DNA of 61,451 bases, filler included, from Bonamia ostreae (Eukaryota): NCBI GenBank assembly GCA_040357525.1. It is 12 parts of 12 records of this genome, joined end to end, with 100 filler letters (N's around TTAATTAATTAA, not from the genome) between each part and the next. Parts side by side here need not be neighbours in the genome. Positions count along the whole stretch, not along the records: positions 1 to 5,059 come from JBDODL010000232.1; positions 5,160 to 10,214 come from JBDODL010000233.1; positions 10,315 to 15,366 come from JBDODL010000234.1; 9 more parts are not named here. One strand, given 5' to 3'. The notes beneath the pieces were generated by a model. That model ran no database searches. It was not told the DNA's origin and was given only the letters and a program-made list of their open reading frames with translations. The position numbers and the translations under genes were made by a program. How positions within the stretch are numbered: position 1 is the stretch's first letter; each line of letters starts with the position of its first letter. Below are positions 1 through 10,798 of the stretch, piece after piece.

Positions 1-253
1 GAAAAATCTATTAAAAAACAGATTATTTAAAACAGATTTATTCGAAAAATTATTTTATGTTTAAATAAAACGGGAAATAGTTTTTAAGCAAAAAGAGAAT
101 TTGTTAGTTCATAAATTATTTAATGACAAAGGATGAAGAACAAAAAGTCCCATTTAGGTCAAATCGTTCTGTTTAAATAAAAATATGAAAAATATCAACA
201 AAAACGAAGCTTTTAAATTATATCAAAATAACTTAAATTATCGAGGCTTTTGA

Positions 254-626
254 ATGGTGCGAGTAAAATATCGTTACTTCGTACTTAAAATTAATTGGAA
301 AGACGGCAAAATAAAAAACGAATCGCCAGAATATATTAAAAAAGCAATCTCCGAAAGAATAAAAGAGCTTTATGGCACATTTGGATTGGCTTTAATGCCA
401 CTAAAAGGTGTTTAAATAAATGTTGTAAAAAGTTAAAATGTACAATCGGATGACCCGAATGTGTATCATCAGAACGTTTCGATCAGTTCACAAATCTGTT
501 TGGATTGCGATTTCGATGGTGCGCTTTATCGACGATCGAAACGTCTCTTTAAATTGCATTCATCTTGGGGGCACCATTCGAAAATGCAGCAAAGCTGCCG
601 AGATGTATTTGAGGAAAATGGTCTGA
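254..626 (+). CDS. POP5: RNase P/MRP subunit Pop5 (2 exons)
   Basis: Spliced product MVRVKYRYFVLKI...YGTFG...GGTIRKC matches the Pop5 motifs MVRxKxRY and GTIRxC. A 25-nt GT-AG intron at 408-432 joins the frames. Confidence 0.9.
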
Positions 627-923
627 ATTAAATTTTTCGATTAAAGTTGTTTTGTTATAAAAACGATCGATTTTTGCTAAAACTTTTTGACAATCGATTT
701 TCGATTAAAGTTGTTTTGCTATAAAAATAGGACAACAGCAATGAAAAAATTAGTTACAAAATCAATTTAGTCTCACAATATCAATTTAACATCAAATTAT
801 CACAGAATAGTCCAATTCGACTTCCTTTTTACTTTTGAATAGCGAAAAATCGTTTTTTCTTTTTCGCTTAAAAAGAGCTTCCATAATCTCTGAACTGTAA
901 AACTGATCAAGTCTTCTTCTTTC

Positions 924-1948
924 TTACACTTCAGCCTCTTCCATGTATTCATCAGTTATTTCCGGTGCCAATGGAGGAGCGATGAAGTCCACTAACAAGA
1001 CAGTAGACGCCATTATACAGACCACATACGCTGTTATCGCATATTGATAGCCTTCAAAATACTCCATTTCAACCTTCACGAGTGGTATCAACGAAAACAT
1101 CGTTAAAATCAAATTTGGGAGGACCATCAAATTGGTCAACCCGAAAAAAGAGATCAGAGACAAATTCATCACAATCAATCTCACAATTTTGTCCGTCGTT
1201 GCTGCTACAACCGATCCCACAACGATTATAAAAATGGAGGTGAAGCCCATAAAACACATCGCCAGTTTCATTACCAAATCGAACATGTCTAAGTTTTGAA
1301 AATGGGTGGTTAAGCCTAAAAGGGTGTTCACTTTGTTTATCAAATCGGAAATTGGACCGAAAATGGGTCGTAAAAAGAAGAAAATGGAGTTTCCGATTAT
1401 CTTGATGAGATTTTCGATCAAATCTAAGGGAGGGCAAGTGGAGGCGTCTTCGTTTTTTGTGTTTGAAATTTGGCCGTAGGCGACGTCTGTTTCCCCGTCG
1501 TTTAAGAAAACCTGAAATTTTTAAATTTTCATTTTATTAATTGCAAAATATGAACCGAAAAATATTTTGAAAAGCTGAATGAATATTCGATCCATTTAGT
1601 ACTGAAACTTAGATAAAAAATGTAAAGAGCTAATAAAGATAGAAGAATAGGAATCCCAAAAGTTGGAATAAGTCTCAATCCAGACGGATCAAATATATTC
1701 TTTGGCCACCATGAACACATATATGACCGAACGTGCGTCAATACTTTATGTTGTTGTGATCATTGCAAAATAAAGATATTTAAAAGACGCAACGATAAAC
1801 CAGCGATAGAATGAACTTTTCTTTCTTTAGTTGACTTCAATTCTTCAATAGCCGCATCCTTTGTCAATTCGTTGTCCCTATTTGCGGCTGTTAACGGATT
1901 TGATTTTTCATTTATCTCTAACATTATCGCTGAATCTTTTTTGTTCAT
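924..1948 (-). CDS. Four-TM membrane protein, claudin/PMP22-like topology (3 exons)
   Basis: ORFs 1760-1948, 1529-1741 and 924-1421 are joined by GT-AG introns. TM1 is followed by SFSTKW, then three more hydrophobic segments and an acidic tail. Confidence 0.55.
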
Positions 1949-2001
1949 AGTTACATGTTTATCGCTATAAAATGATTCATTGTTACAATTAGATTTTTTA
2001 T

Positions 2002-2286
2002 TTAACCGTCATATTCACGTTCAATAGACTCCATTTTTTCCAATTCGTCTTTATAAATTTTTTGACAAGGACAGATCAAAATATCTCTCCAACTGTACTT
2101 TTCTCTATCTCGATACATTCTGCAATAAGGACAAACCATTTCCGAATAAAATTGATAAACGTAAATGTTATCTTCACATTCGTCTTCTAAAAAATTATTA
2201 TTGCCTATTAAAACTTTCTGGATAAATCTTGCAACATATAAAAAGTCTTCCACAAAAAACTTCGCAAAAATTGCGTCGCCCTTCAT
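2002..2286 (-). CDS. Small hypothetical protein with CPYC and CPC motifs
   Basis: 94-aa ATG ORF with CxxC and CxC; the 3' end may be spliced; no family recognised. Confidence 0.4.
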   Translation of the reverse strand: MKGDAIFAKFFVEDFLYVARFIQKVLIGNNNFLEDECEDNIYVYQFYSEMVCPYCRMYRDREKYSWRDILICPCQKIYKDELEKMESIEREYDG

Positions 2287-2469
2287 CTTAAATTATTGTT
2301 TGACAACAAAACATTTTTTGGGGAAATCTAATAAAGGGCAGCAACATTTGACAAGTCCCGGAAAGTGAAGAGACGTTTTTTCTTTTATTTTAATTATTTT
2401 GGCGAAAAATTTTTTGAGTCGCAATAATTTTTAGACGTAGTAATAAAATCATTATTGCTGCAAAACATA

Positions 2470-3279
2470 TTAAAAACTATATTCTTTGACACCAGCTCCT
2501 TGAGGACTTATAGCAAAAGCAAAAATATAAAACAAAATGCCAAAGATACCAACCAAGTAACCCATTTCCGTCCAAATCAACCCCCAACTTCTCGTAAATC
2601 TGATTTTGAGAATTAGCAAGTTTAATGTTTGCGAAAAGAGAAAGTCGAATCCCGTTAAAAGACAGAATCCAAGCAAAAAGACTCCTAAAGAGAGTAACAT
2701 AAAGCCAAACTGCGCATACTTTCGCATCGTCGATTTTCTTTCAAAAGTCGTTAAATAAAGAAAAAAGAGACCAATGGCGACTGGTAACAGTTGGAAAAAC
2801 AGAATATAGTAAATCATGGGAGCACCGAATTGAGCAGGGATTTCTGAATTTGAAAGTACTTTTTTGAACACCTTTTTTGCTTTAAAACAATATGTTTTAA
2901 TTTCCAACAACGGTTTTTTGAAATTTTTTAGTTTCGAAGCGTGTTTTCCTATTTTGTCGAAGGCTGTTTTTAGGTTTTTTAAAGTTTCTGGGAAAATTGG
3001 TGCGCTTGAAATTTAATTACATAAATTAATTATCGTTTTTATAAAAATACTATTTTGAATTGAAACAACATACAACAATATTTTTCACAGTACATATCTT
3101 GGAAACAAAATTAATAACCCGAAACCAACAAAAATAAGAGCAAACACACTCAAAGATAAACCTAAAATAACTGCCCAACATAATAATCCGCCTACAAACT
3201 TAGACAAAATTCCAAGTATATCAATTAAAATATCAAAAACAGAAATTATCAGTTCTTCCAATCTGCTAATTATTTCCAT
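2470..3279 (-). CDS. Four-TM membrane protein of unknown function (2 exons)
   Basis: Hydrophobic ORFs 3085-3279 and 2470-2910 can be joined by one GT-AG intron. Confidence 0.5.
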
Positions 3280-3339
3280 CGTATCTTAAAATTATAGTTT
3301 CTAGATTTAATTCTACAAACAATTATTGTTACATGATAT

Positions 3340-3834
3340 CTACAAAAACGTTTTTATTGTTATGCAACCTTGGAGTATATCAGCCCATTCCAACCGCATT
3401 TCAAAAAAATTCTTGCCAAGACCCAAAGCACATAAATATCCTGCATAAATCGGAATGAGACAACCGAAGAAGGACAAAAGTAGACATATCGCATTTCTAG
3501 AAGTACCTTCTTTTATTAAGAATAGAATAAAATTGAAAGTATTCAATGGAAAGAAGAGTACCAGGTACGTTGTGTTAACTATCGTTACCAATATTAAAAG
3601 AAAATATGCTTGGTATAAAAATGGATAATTTTTGATATCAAAGTTGGTGATATCTTCAGATATGTCAAGTACAATGACAGAAAAGGAATAGTAGATAAAC
3701 CAAAGATTGAAGACAATCGAGGAAGCATTTTTGAATGAACTCACTTTTCTGTAGTTCAAATAAGTTGTGCGGACGATGAAAATCGACATTGTTATTAGAA
3801 ACATGTAAATGTTAAAATTCTCTTTTCGGTCCAA
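3340..3834 (-). CDS. Multi-TM hypothetical protein (start uncertain)
   Basis: 164-aa ORF with about 4 hydrophobic segments. Confidence 0.45.
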   Translation of the reverse strand: MDRKENFNIYMFLITMSIFIVRTTYLNYRKVSSFKNASSIVFNLWFIYYSFSVIVLDISEDITNFDIKNYPFLYQAYFLLILVTIVNTTYLVLFFPLNTFNFILFLIKEGTSRNAICLLLSFFGCLIPIYAGYLCALGLGKNFFEMRLEWADILQGCITIKTFL

Positions 3835-3945
3835 TTTCCAAAATTCGTTGTTTAATACTGTTAAATATGCCGTGTATGTCTGTTTTTATTGTTTATGTAA
3901 CATATATCAGATTGTTACAGATATTTAATAGTTTGTTTTAAGAGA

Positions 3946-4813
3946 TTATGTACATTGTAAAAAAACATAAATTACAAACAAAAGAAAGACGACGTTGAAG
4001 ATCAACAAGAATACAGAGAAAACAGAAACTCTTCTACCTTTTATCTCGATTGTTTTTGGATCAGCTTTGTAACCATCCAACCAAGGATTTGACAATTCAT
4101 AGAGTGAACATTTTTCTTTCAAATAAACGACGATCATTAAAATAGCGTATAAGCAAACAGCCAAATTTAACATATAAGGGCTTGATGCATACTCAAACAA
4201 TTTGAGTGGTACATCAGTTATTTCAGTAATAGATAATGTGAAATTTTTCGGTTTGTAAATAACCCCTTCGTAAAAAGAGTTATATTTAGCAGAACAAGCC
4301 TTATTAAAAATTTTCAATTCATTAAAATTGTCAAAATATGTACAATGAGATATTACGAAACATGTACACAAAATATTAATAAAATGGTACCAGAACACTC
4401 CAAAGCATACATCTAAATGCGAACAAGCCGATGTCACCACCCAAACCAACCCATTCCGAAATAATGTTAATTTTCATCCGCTCGACAAAATCGCCATAAC
4501 TCATTAAAACCCACCCACAACTTAAACTGTCGTACATTATCAAAACACAAACAGGTGCTTCTACGATAAATTGCACCACAACTACAAATCCCATAAATGT
4601 ATTAAAATTAAAATAATTGTCCGAAATGGCTTTAATGTAAAATGGAATTGAAAATGCAAAGTGGCGCATAGTGGGGAGCAATAACAGAACTCTGATCAGT
4701 CCTACGGCCAAATTGAGCAATATTCCGGAAAAGTTTTTGTTGTAAGTGACAACTTGGTCACGAAAAAAGTATTTGAGAATTTTATCTTTTCTTTCCGTTG
4801 ATTTTTCTTCCAT
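3946..4813 (-). CDS. Multi-TM hypothetical protein (probably one spliced gene)
   Basis: Two overlapping hydrophobic ORFs (4376-4813 and 3946-4449); a GT-AG intron can join them, but the junction is not certain. Confidence 0.4.
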
Positions 4814-5059
4814 TTTTATATCTTTTGTGCAACAATTTTTATTAGTTTGCGATATGTAGTCGCTTTTTTATCTTGCTAAAGTTAACCGTATTTTTATTTT
4901 TGATCATTATTTTTTGCAATTTTTGGCAACAACATTTTTGGTAAAGACATATCAAACCTCCTCATTTTACATTTCATGTTTGGTGAGCAAACATCGTTTT
5001 TCGAAAATAATAATTTTTACGATTTTTGTCAATACTTGAAATTGCCTCTTTTTCCAAAC

Positions 5060-5159
5060 NNNNNNNNNNNNNNNNNNNNNNNNNNNNNNNNNNNNNNNNN
5101 NNNTTAATTAATTAANNNNNNNNNNNNNNNNNNNNNNNNNNNNNNNNNNNNNNNNNNNN
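5060..5159. other. Artificial contig linker (N44-TTAATTAATTAA-N44). Also at about 10215, 15367, 20515, 25653, 30790, 35927, 41055, 46168, 51270 and 56364
   Basis: Identical 100-nt spacer with a six-frame stop cassette every ~5.1 kb; genes are truncated at these points. 7536-7635 is a plain 100-N scaffold gap. Confidence 0.98.
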
Positions 5160-5791
5160 TGCTAAAACGACATATCTTCGAAAACTAACAAAAATCGACA
5201 AATGAAAAATCGAGAGATTTAATTTAATCTTTATCGACAAAAAAATCTTAAATTCTGAAACCGACAAAATTATTAAGATAAAAAGATCAAATTAAATCGA
5301 AGAAATCGATGAAATCAAATATGATAAAAATTAACGAAAACCAGAAAACGACTGATTTTGGAGTTAAATGTTTCAACTGATCGAGATTCGGTGGATTTGA
5401 TTTGAATATCAAATCCGATTTTAAAGCGGTTTCAGAATCAGTGATTTTCGCACCGCTGAGCTCATAAAGTTTGTCTGAAAAATGAGCTGATTTTCCTGCA
5501 GACGCTTCTACGTTAATTTTGAACCCCAAATCAGTGAACAATTTGATGTTTTCTGGGTCGATGTACGGAGTGGGATCCGCTTCTTTCGTATCCTAATTTC
5601 AAAAATCAGGGATTGACCAAAATTTTTCCTCGCAACGAAAATCGATTTACAAACTTAAAAACATCTGCAATTCCGATAGTCAGAGAATCGAGCGGACGGC
5701 CATTCAAAACGCACCCGAAATTGCGCCTGAACGCCATTGGCCCACTCCGGCGGCCCTCAAATACAGCCATTCGCTTATAAAAACGCAACAT
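5160..5791 (-). CDS. NNT: NAD(P) transhydrogenase, N-terminal part with mitochondrial-type presequence (truncated by contig end)
   Basis: Arg-rich leader MLRFYKRMAVFEGRRS...RRNF, then LTIGI, GFKINVEASAGKSAHFSDKLYELSGAKI...SDLIFK (AlaDH/PNT N-terminal domain). Confidence 0.8.
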
Positions 5792-5842
5792 TATAATTTT
5801 GCCAGACTTATTAAGACATTCTTTAAAAACCAAATCTGCAGA

Positions 5843-7282
5843 ATGCCGAAGAGGATCCCACGAGAAACAGTAGCAAACATTTTGGAAATCCTGACCGACG
5901 AACCAGTTCCTCCGTCCGCCGCCTCGAAGCGCTATAAAAAGAAGTTCAAAAAGGGAGTAAACTTTGGAAGTTTGGGCTACAAGAACTTCCAAAATGTCTT
6001 AAATGTCTGTCCAGGCGTCATGAAAGTCATTTTGGACGGCGAAGAAAATTACGTGAACGAGAAGAAATATCAGAAAAGCGAATCGAACAAACCTTTCGCT
6101 TCCAAAAATGTCGTGGCATTGCCCAGAAAAGCTAAAAATTCTTTTCAAAATGGCTATAAAAATTCTTTTCAAAATGCCACTTTTGACAACTCTATAAAAT
6201 CTTTTCAGGTTGGCAGTGCTAACAATTTTTATCGGAATAGCAAAAATTTTTACGAAAATGACAATTTTGCGAAAACGAAAAATTTTGATAATTCCAAAAA
6301 TTTTTACGAAAATGACAATTTTGCGAAAACGAAAAATTTTAGTAATTCCAAAAATTTTTACGAAAATGACAATTTTGCGAAAACGAAAAATTTTAATAAT
6401 TCCAAAAATTTTTACGAAAATGACAATTTTGCGAAAACGAAAAATTTTAATAATTCCAAAAATTTTTACGAAAATGACAATTTTGTGAAAACGAAAAATT
6501 TTAATAATTCCAAAAATTTTTACGAAAATGACAATTTTGCGAAAACAAAAAATTTTAGTAATTCCAAAAATTTTTACGAAAATGACAATTCTTTTGGTTC
6601 GTCCAAAGAAAATTTTGTTTCAAAAGATAATTTGTTCCAAAGCGATTCAAAATTTGGCGATAAAACAAATTCGACCAAAATTTTTGATAACAGAGAAAAA
6701 TCTATTTTTGATAAATTTGAGTTAAATTTTGGCCAAAACGATTTTTTCCAGAATTCAAAAACGAATTTTGATCTGCCAAAATTTAAATTTGAAAGAGCAA
6801 ATTCATTTAAGAAGAATAATGGAATGGCTGAAAACCAAATTGACGAAAATAGCCAAAATTTGACTAAAAAGAACGAAAATATTTTAAAAAAGAGAATAAT
6901 CGACGAAACAGATAAACGAAACAAATTTCTTCAAAACCTTAAAAAATTAGAGCCGTTCGATGGCGACAAGAAGGAATTCTTAAACAAACAGGTGAAGAAG
7001 GGAGTAGAACTGGCGTTAGAAACAGTACGAAAAGAAAAAGAGATGAGCAAAAGTAGAGTAGAAGCTTTAATGAGTGTAATAAAGTTAACTGAGGAGGCAA
7101 TCGCGGAGATGGAAACTAGCTCTCTTGGAAGATGTCCAGCTTTTTCTTGTTTTAATTATGTCGAGGTGGTTGTTTGTCCTTGTGGCCATCTATATTGCGA
7201 TGGATGTGCTAAAAGGATCAGCTCGCGATGCTTTTTGTGTTCCAAGGAGGTGATCAAGATGCAAAAATTAAATTTTTTCTGA
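5843..7282 (+). CDS. LOTUS/OST-HTH + 17-aa repeats + coiled coil + C3HC4 RING protein
   Basis: N-terminal YKKKFKKGVNFGSLGYKNFQNVLNVCPGV fits the LOTUS consensus; C-terminal C..C..CGH..C..C..C..C is a RING. Confidence 0.7.
   Translation: MPKRIPRETVANILEILTDEPVPPSAASKRYKKKFKKGVNFGSLGYKNFQNVLNVCPGVMKVILDGEENYVNEKKYQKSESNKPFASKNVVALPRKAKNSFQNGYKNSFQNATFDNSIKSFQVGSANNFYRNSKNFYENDNFAKTKNFDNSKNFYENDNFAKTKNFSNSKNFYENDNFAKTKNFNNSKNFYENDNFAKTKNFNNSKNFYENDNFVKTKNFNNSKNFYENDNFAKTKNFSNSKNFYENDNSFGSSKENFVSKDNLFQSDSKFGDKTNSTKIFDNREKSIFDKFELNFGQNDFFQNSKTNFDLPKFKFERANSFKKNNGMAENQIDENSQNLTKKNENILKKRIIDETDKRNKFLQNLKKLEPFDGDKKEFLNKQVKKGVELALETVRKEKEMSKSRVEALMSVIKLTEEAIAEMETSSLGRCPAFSCFNYVEVVVCPCGHLYCDGCAKRISSRCFLCSKEVIKMQKLNFF
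6233..6590 (+). repeat. 51-bp tandem repeat, about 7 copies (NSKNFYENDNFAKTKNF-type)
   Basis: Unit aattccaaaaatttttacgaaaatgacaattttgcgaaaacgaaaaatttt(a/g)at is visible directly. Confidence 0.95.
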
Positions 7283-7429
7283 TTTTGTTAAATTTTATCA
7301 TTTTCCTCTTTTTATTTTTGGAATTTTGTCTGTTGTTCACGATAAATTGCAGATTTAAAAATTTTATATTCGGGAAAAATCAAAAAATGATAATAAAGAA
7401 ATAACGAAAAAAAATTAGAACAAAAAATT

Positions 7430-7795
7430 ACAAAATAAAAATCGCAACAAAAAAGAAAATATCGAAAAAGTAAAAATTAGAAAATAAAAATCGCAACAAA
7501 AAAGAAAATATCGAAAAAGTAAAAATTAGAAAATANNNNNNNNNNNNNNNNNNNNNNNNNNNNNNNNNNNNNNNNNNNNNNNNNNNNNNNNNNNNNNNNN
7601 NNNNNNNNNNNNNNNNNNNNNNNNNNNNNNNNNNNAAAATAAAAATCGCAACAAAAAAGAAAATATCGAAAAAGTAAAAATTAGAAAATAAAAATCGCAA
7701 CAAAAAAGAAAATATCGAAATAGTAAAAATTAGAAAATAAAAATTAAATCGCAACAAAAAAGAAAATATCGAAAAAGCAAAAATTAGAAAAAAAA
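7430..7795. repeat. Intergenic ~50-bp A-rich minisatellite spanning a scaffold gap
   Basis: Unit aaaataaaaatcgcaacaaaaaagaaaatatcgaaaaagtaaaaattag repeats on both sides of the N gap. Confidence 0.9.
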
Positions 7796-7871
7796 CTAAA
7801 ATAACAACAAAAAATTACAAAAAAAACTAAAATTAGAACAAAAAAACAACAAAAAATCGCAATAAAGAAAT

Positions 7872-8720
7872 TTAAATCAAAGACATTGCTTCCTCCGCGG
7901 CCACCTCTTTAACTTCCTCTTCCGTCACTTGCAGCTCGGCCACTGGAAACGCGTTCGTCGCGAGCAATATCAAATAAACGATCTGCAAAAAGAACAACTC
8001 CATCGCAGCGTGCATCCCCTCCTCGATCCGAACTTCTCCGACCAACGATATCGACCCCGCTTTTGCTACAATCGGCGCAAACAACACAAAAACTGACAAT
8101 GGCAAAACAAAGATGTTGAGACCAGCGATTACCGGCAACAACGGAACCATTTCAGGTACAAACACATGACTGATGAAAGTTATTAAAGTCAAAATTGCGA
8201 CGAGCGGAAATCCCAACAAAACGGTCGATTTGACTGAATCGTCGACAAGTTCTACAGAAGAAACTGCTGAATTTGCAGTTTCAATCAAGATTTGTCGGAA
8301 TGGTTCAACTATTAAAGGATATTCCGAGTAATCTCTGTCGCAAGTTGTTTCGCTGAGATTCAAATCGTCCATTTTGTCCTTTTTATTTTCGATAAATTTA
8401 TTTTCCGATTTTTGTTAAACTCAAAAACGTAATGATTATTGTTGTTTATGACGATATTAAGCCAATCTTCGCTGTGAGCTTTGTTGAAGAGATAAACCAT
8501 AATGGCGATGTAAAACAAAAAATAAATGAAGAGAGGTATAAAAGAGGATTTGAAGTGTTGATCTTTTTCTATTTAAGTTTCAGGTTTTAAACTTTGCAAT
8601 CTGCGGATCTCTTTATTGATGCAAACAATGTCAACCAATTCTTTGGATACTACTTCTTTTTGTGGTAGAGCTGTGAAATCGGGATTTCGTACAGGTTTAT
8701 ATGTAACTTTAAATATTGTT
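7872..8720 (-). CDS. Four-TM protein resembling the 924-1948 gene (start uncertain)
   Basis: Upstream exons encode TM1 + HSEDWL; last exon 7872-8372 has one loop Cys, 3 TMs and an acidic tail. Confidence 0.5.
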
Positions 8721-9006
8721 TGAAGCTCGAAGAATAAAATATTTAAAAAAATGTAAAATTATTTGTGTAATTAATTTGGCGACATTTGATTTTGACTAAT
8801 TTTAGAAAATTAGTCAAATTTTATAATTTACAATAGAATAATAATGAAACTGATAATGAAATTGATAATGAAATTGATAATGAAACTTAACCTGTCCTAC
8901 AACAAAAAATTTAAATTGAAAACACCAAATTGCAAAAATTTTAGATCTCAAAAACTAAACTGTAAAATCCGATAAAGCTAATTTAATGTCAGAACTATTT
9001 TTAGAT

Positions 9007-10110
9007 TTAAATAATAAAAGGTTCAAAGGTAAAACCGTTGTAGCAAGCGGGAGAATGCAAACACGCAATTACGTCCGCCACTAAAGCGATTATCAACATG
9101 ATGCAACAACTCTCGTAGTTCTCAAGATTTGCCTTTACGTAAACGATATTCGCGAATCCGTTCGCTTCCATATTATCCAATATGTCTTTTAGAAAGACTA
9201 GTCCCTGAAAAACGCAGCAATTGACTGCGCAAAGCATAAATGAAATCCAAAAATGCAATTTTCTGAAATTGATGTATTTCCGCTCAAACACGGCGAATAT
9301 AATCCCAAAGAAAATAGTGAAAAGAGTTATTATTGATAAAATGTTTTGCACGTTTAAAAGTAACTTTTCCGGTGCTATCCTTGACAGTTTTGGTAACATT
9401 GTTAGTCCTTTATTTGTTGTCCCTTCAAAAATCATAAAAGAAACCTTGACAAAATTTGTACTCAAAAACGAACCAGTTTTCCGAATAAACAGTAATAATA
9501 TTGACGAAAGCCATCATCAAACAAACGCAGTAACAAAGAGATAAGAAGAAAGAATGCATTCTTCTGTCGACAATCATTTCCAACAAAAACTCGATTTCCA
9601 TTTTTATCGTTTGGAAAAATTGCGATATGTGCAAATACAGAAAATTTATCAGCCAAATCGATATCAGAAGATAGAACAAAATGTTCTTGAAATATTTGCT
9701 ATTTTAAACTTGAATTAATTCGTTTTGGGAATTTTCAAGACCACAAACGCTGACGGCGAACACAATGAACGGGGTGTAGACCATGAAGAACCAGGAGATA
9801 TTGCTATTTTCTCTTCTGGAAATGGTTGCGAAAGCGTACTTGTAACCGATCAGAAGAGTGAAGAGGTACATAGCAATGTGCAATTGGGATTTTTGTACAT
9901 CAAAAGATATTCCGCTTGCGTCCCAATTGATCATGTTCAATGTTGATTTGAGAAATAGCTAAATTGGGATTTTAAGTAAAAACCGCAAGACAAAGGCAAA
10001 TGAGAATGGTGTTGATGGTTAAAATGAAAATGGCAAGTTTGCTAAGTTTTCCTACATCTTCTTTTGGATCAGATGCTTTCTTTTTTGATTCTAATGAGTC
10101 AAAGAGCATT
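9007..10110 (-). CDS. Polytopic membrane protein (4 exons)
   Basis: Hydrophobic ORFs are joined in frame by 25-, 24- and 22-nt GT-AG introns. Confidence 0.6.
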
Positions 10111-10798
10111 TTTGTGAACGGGTGTTCAATGCAGCTACCTTTAAAGTTAACGGGATTAATTAATTTTATTTTCTGAATTTATTAAAAAGTAATTAAATTT
10201 GATTTGCGAAAAAANNNNNNNNNNNNNNNNNNNNNNNNNNNNNNNNNNNNNNNNNNNNTTAATTAATTAANNNNNNNNNNNNNNNNNNNNNNNNNNNNNN
10301 NNNNNNNNNNNNNNTCCAATGTCTTTAAGTGGTCACTTTAACCAATAAAGTTAAAAACTTTAACTTCAAATTGCATATTTTTATTTCGTCATCCAAACTT
10401 TTTGGATTGTTTAATTTTTCAAACTACATTTAATTTTATGTTCCAGAATTATTTTTAGTCTAATTTTTTAGATTAAGTTGTAAATCCACACACTTTTTGT
10501 CAGAGTGTACAATTTTTTAACGCAAATCATTTAACTGCATCGAGAAAACATTAACTTTAAGCGACAAGTCAAGTTCTAGAGCTCCCGCATTCAAATCTCT
10601 GGACCATTTGAGATTTCAATTGCAAAATTTTCTGTCCATCATTAAATGTAATTAAATTCAATATCAAATTCGACCAATCGAAGCTACTAAAAAAGAAAAA
10701 ATTTCTTTAGAAATGTCAGAAAACGAAGAAAGCACTCCATTTCAAAAACATTTTAGAAATGGAAACCAGAAAATAATTTAAATAAAAAATGTATTTAT

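Noticed and set aside
1744-1800. Apparent in-frame TGA at 1760-1762 between co-framed ORFs, suggesting an alternative genetic code
   Set aside because: A 57-nt GT-AG intron removes it; conserved genes use TGG for Trp and end in TAA, TAG or TGA.
4588-4597. Second copies of the USE-like ATCCCATA (also ~21653)
   Set aside because: They lie inside coding exons with no ncRNA downstream.
5104-5115. Palindromic TTAATTAATTAA recurring every ~5.1 kb
   Set aside because: Always embedded in N runs; it is a contig-joining stop linker, not biology. Cross-linker gene neighbourhoods were ignored.
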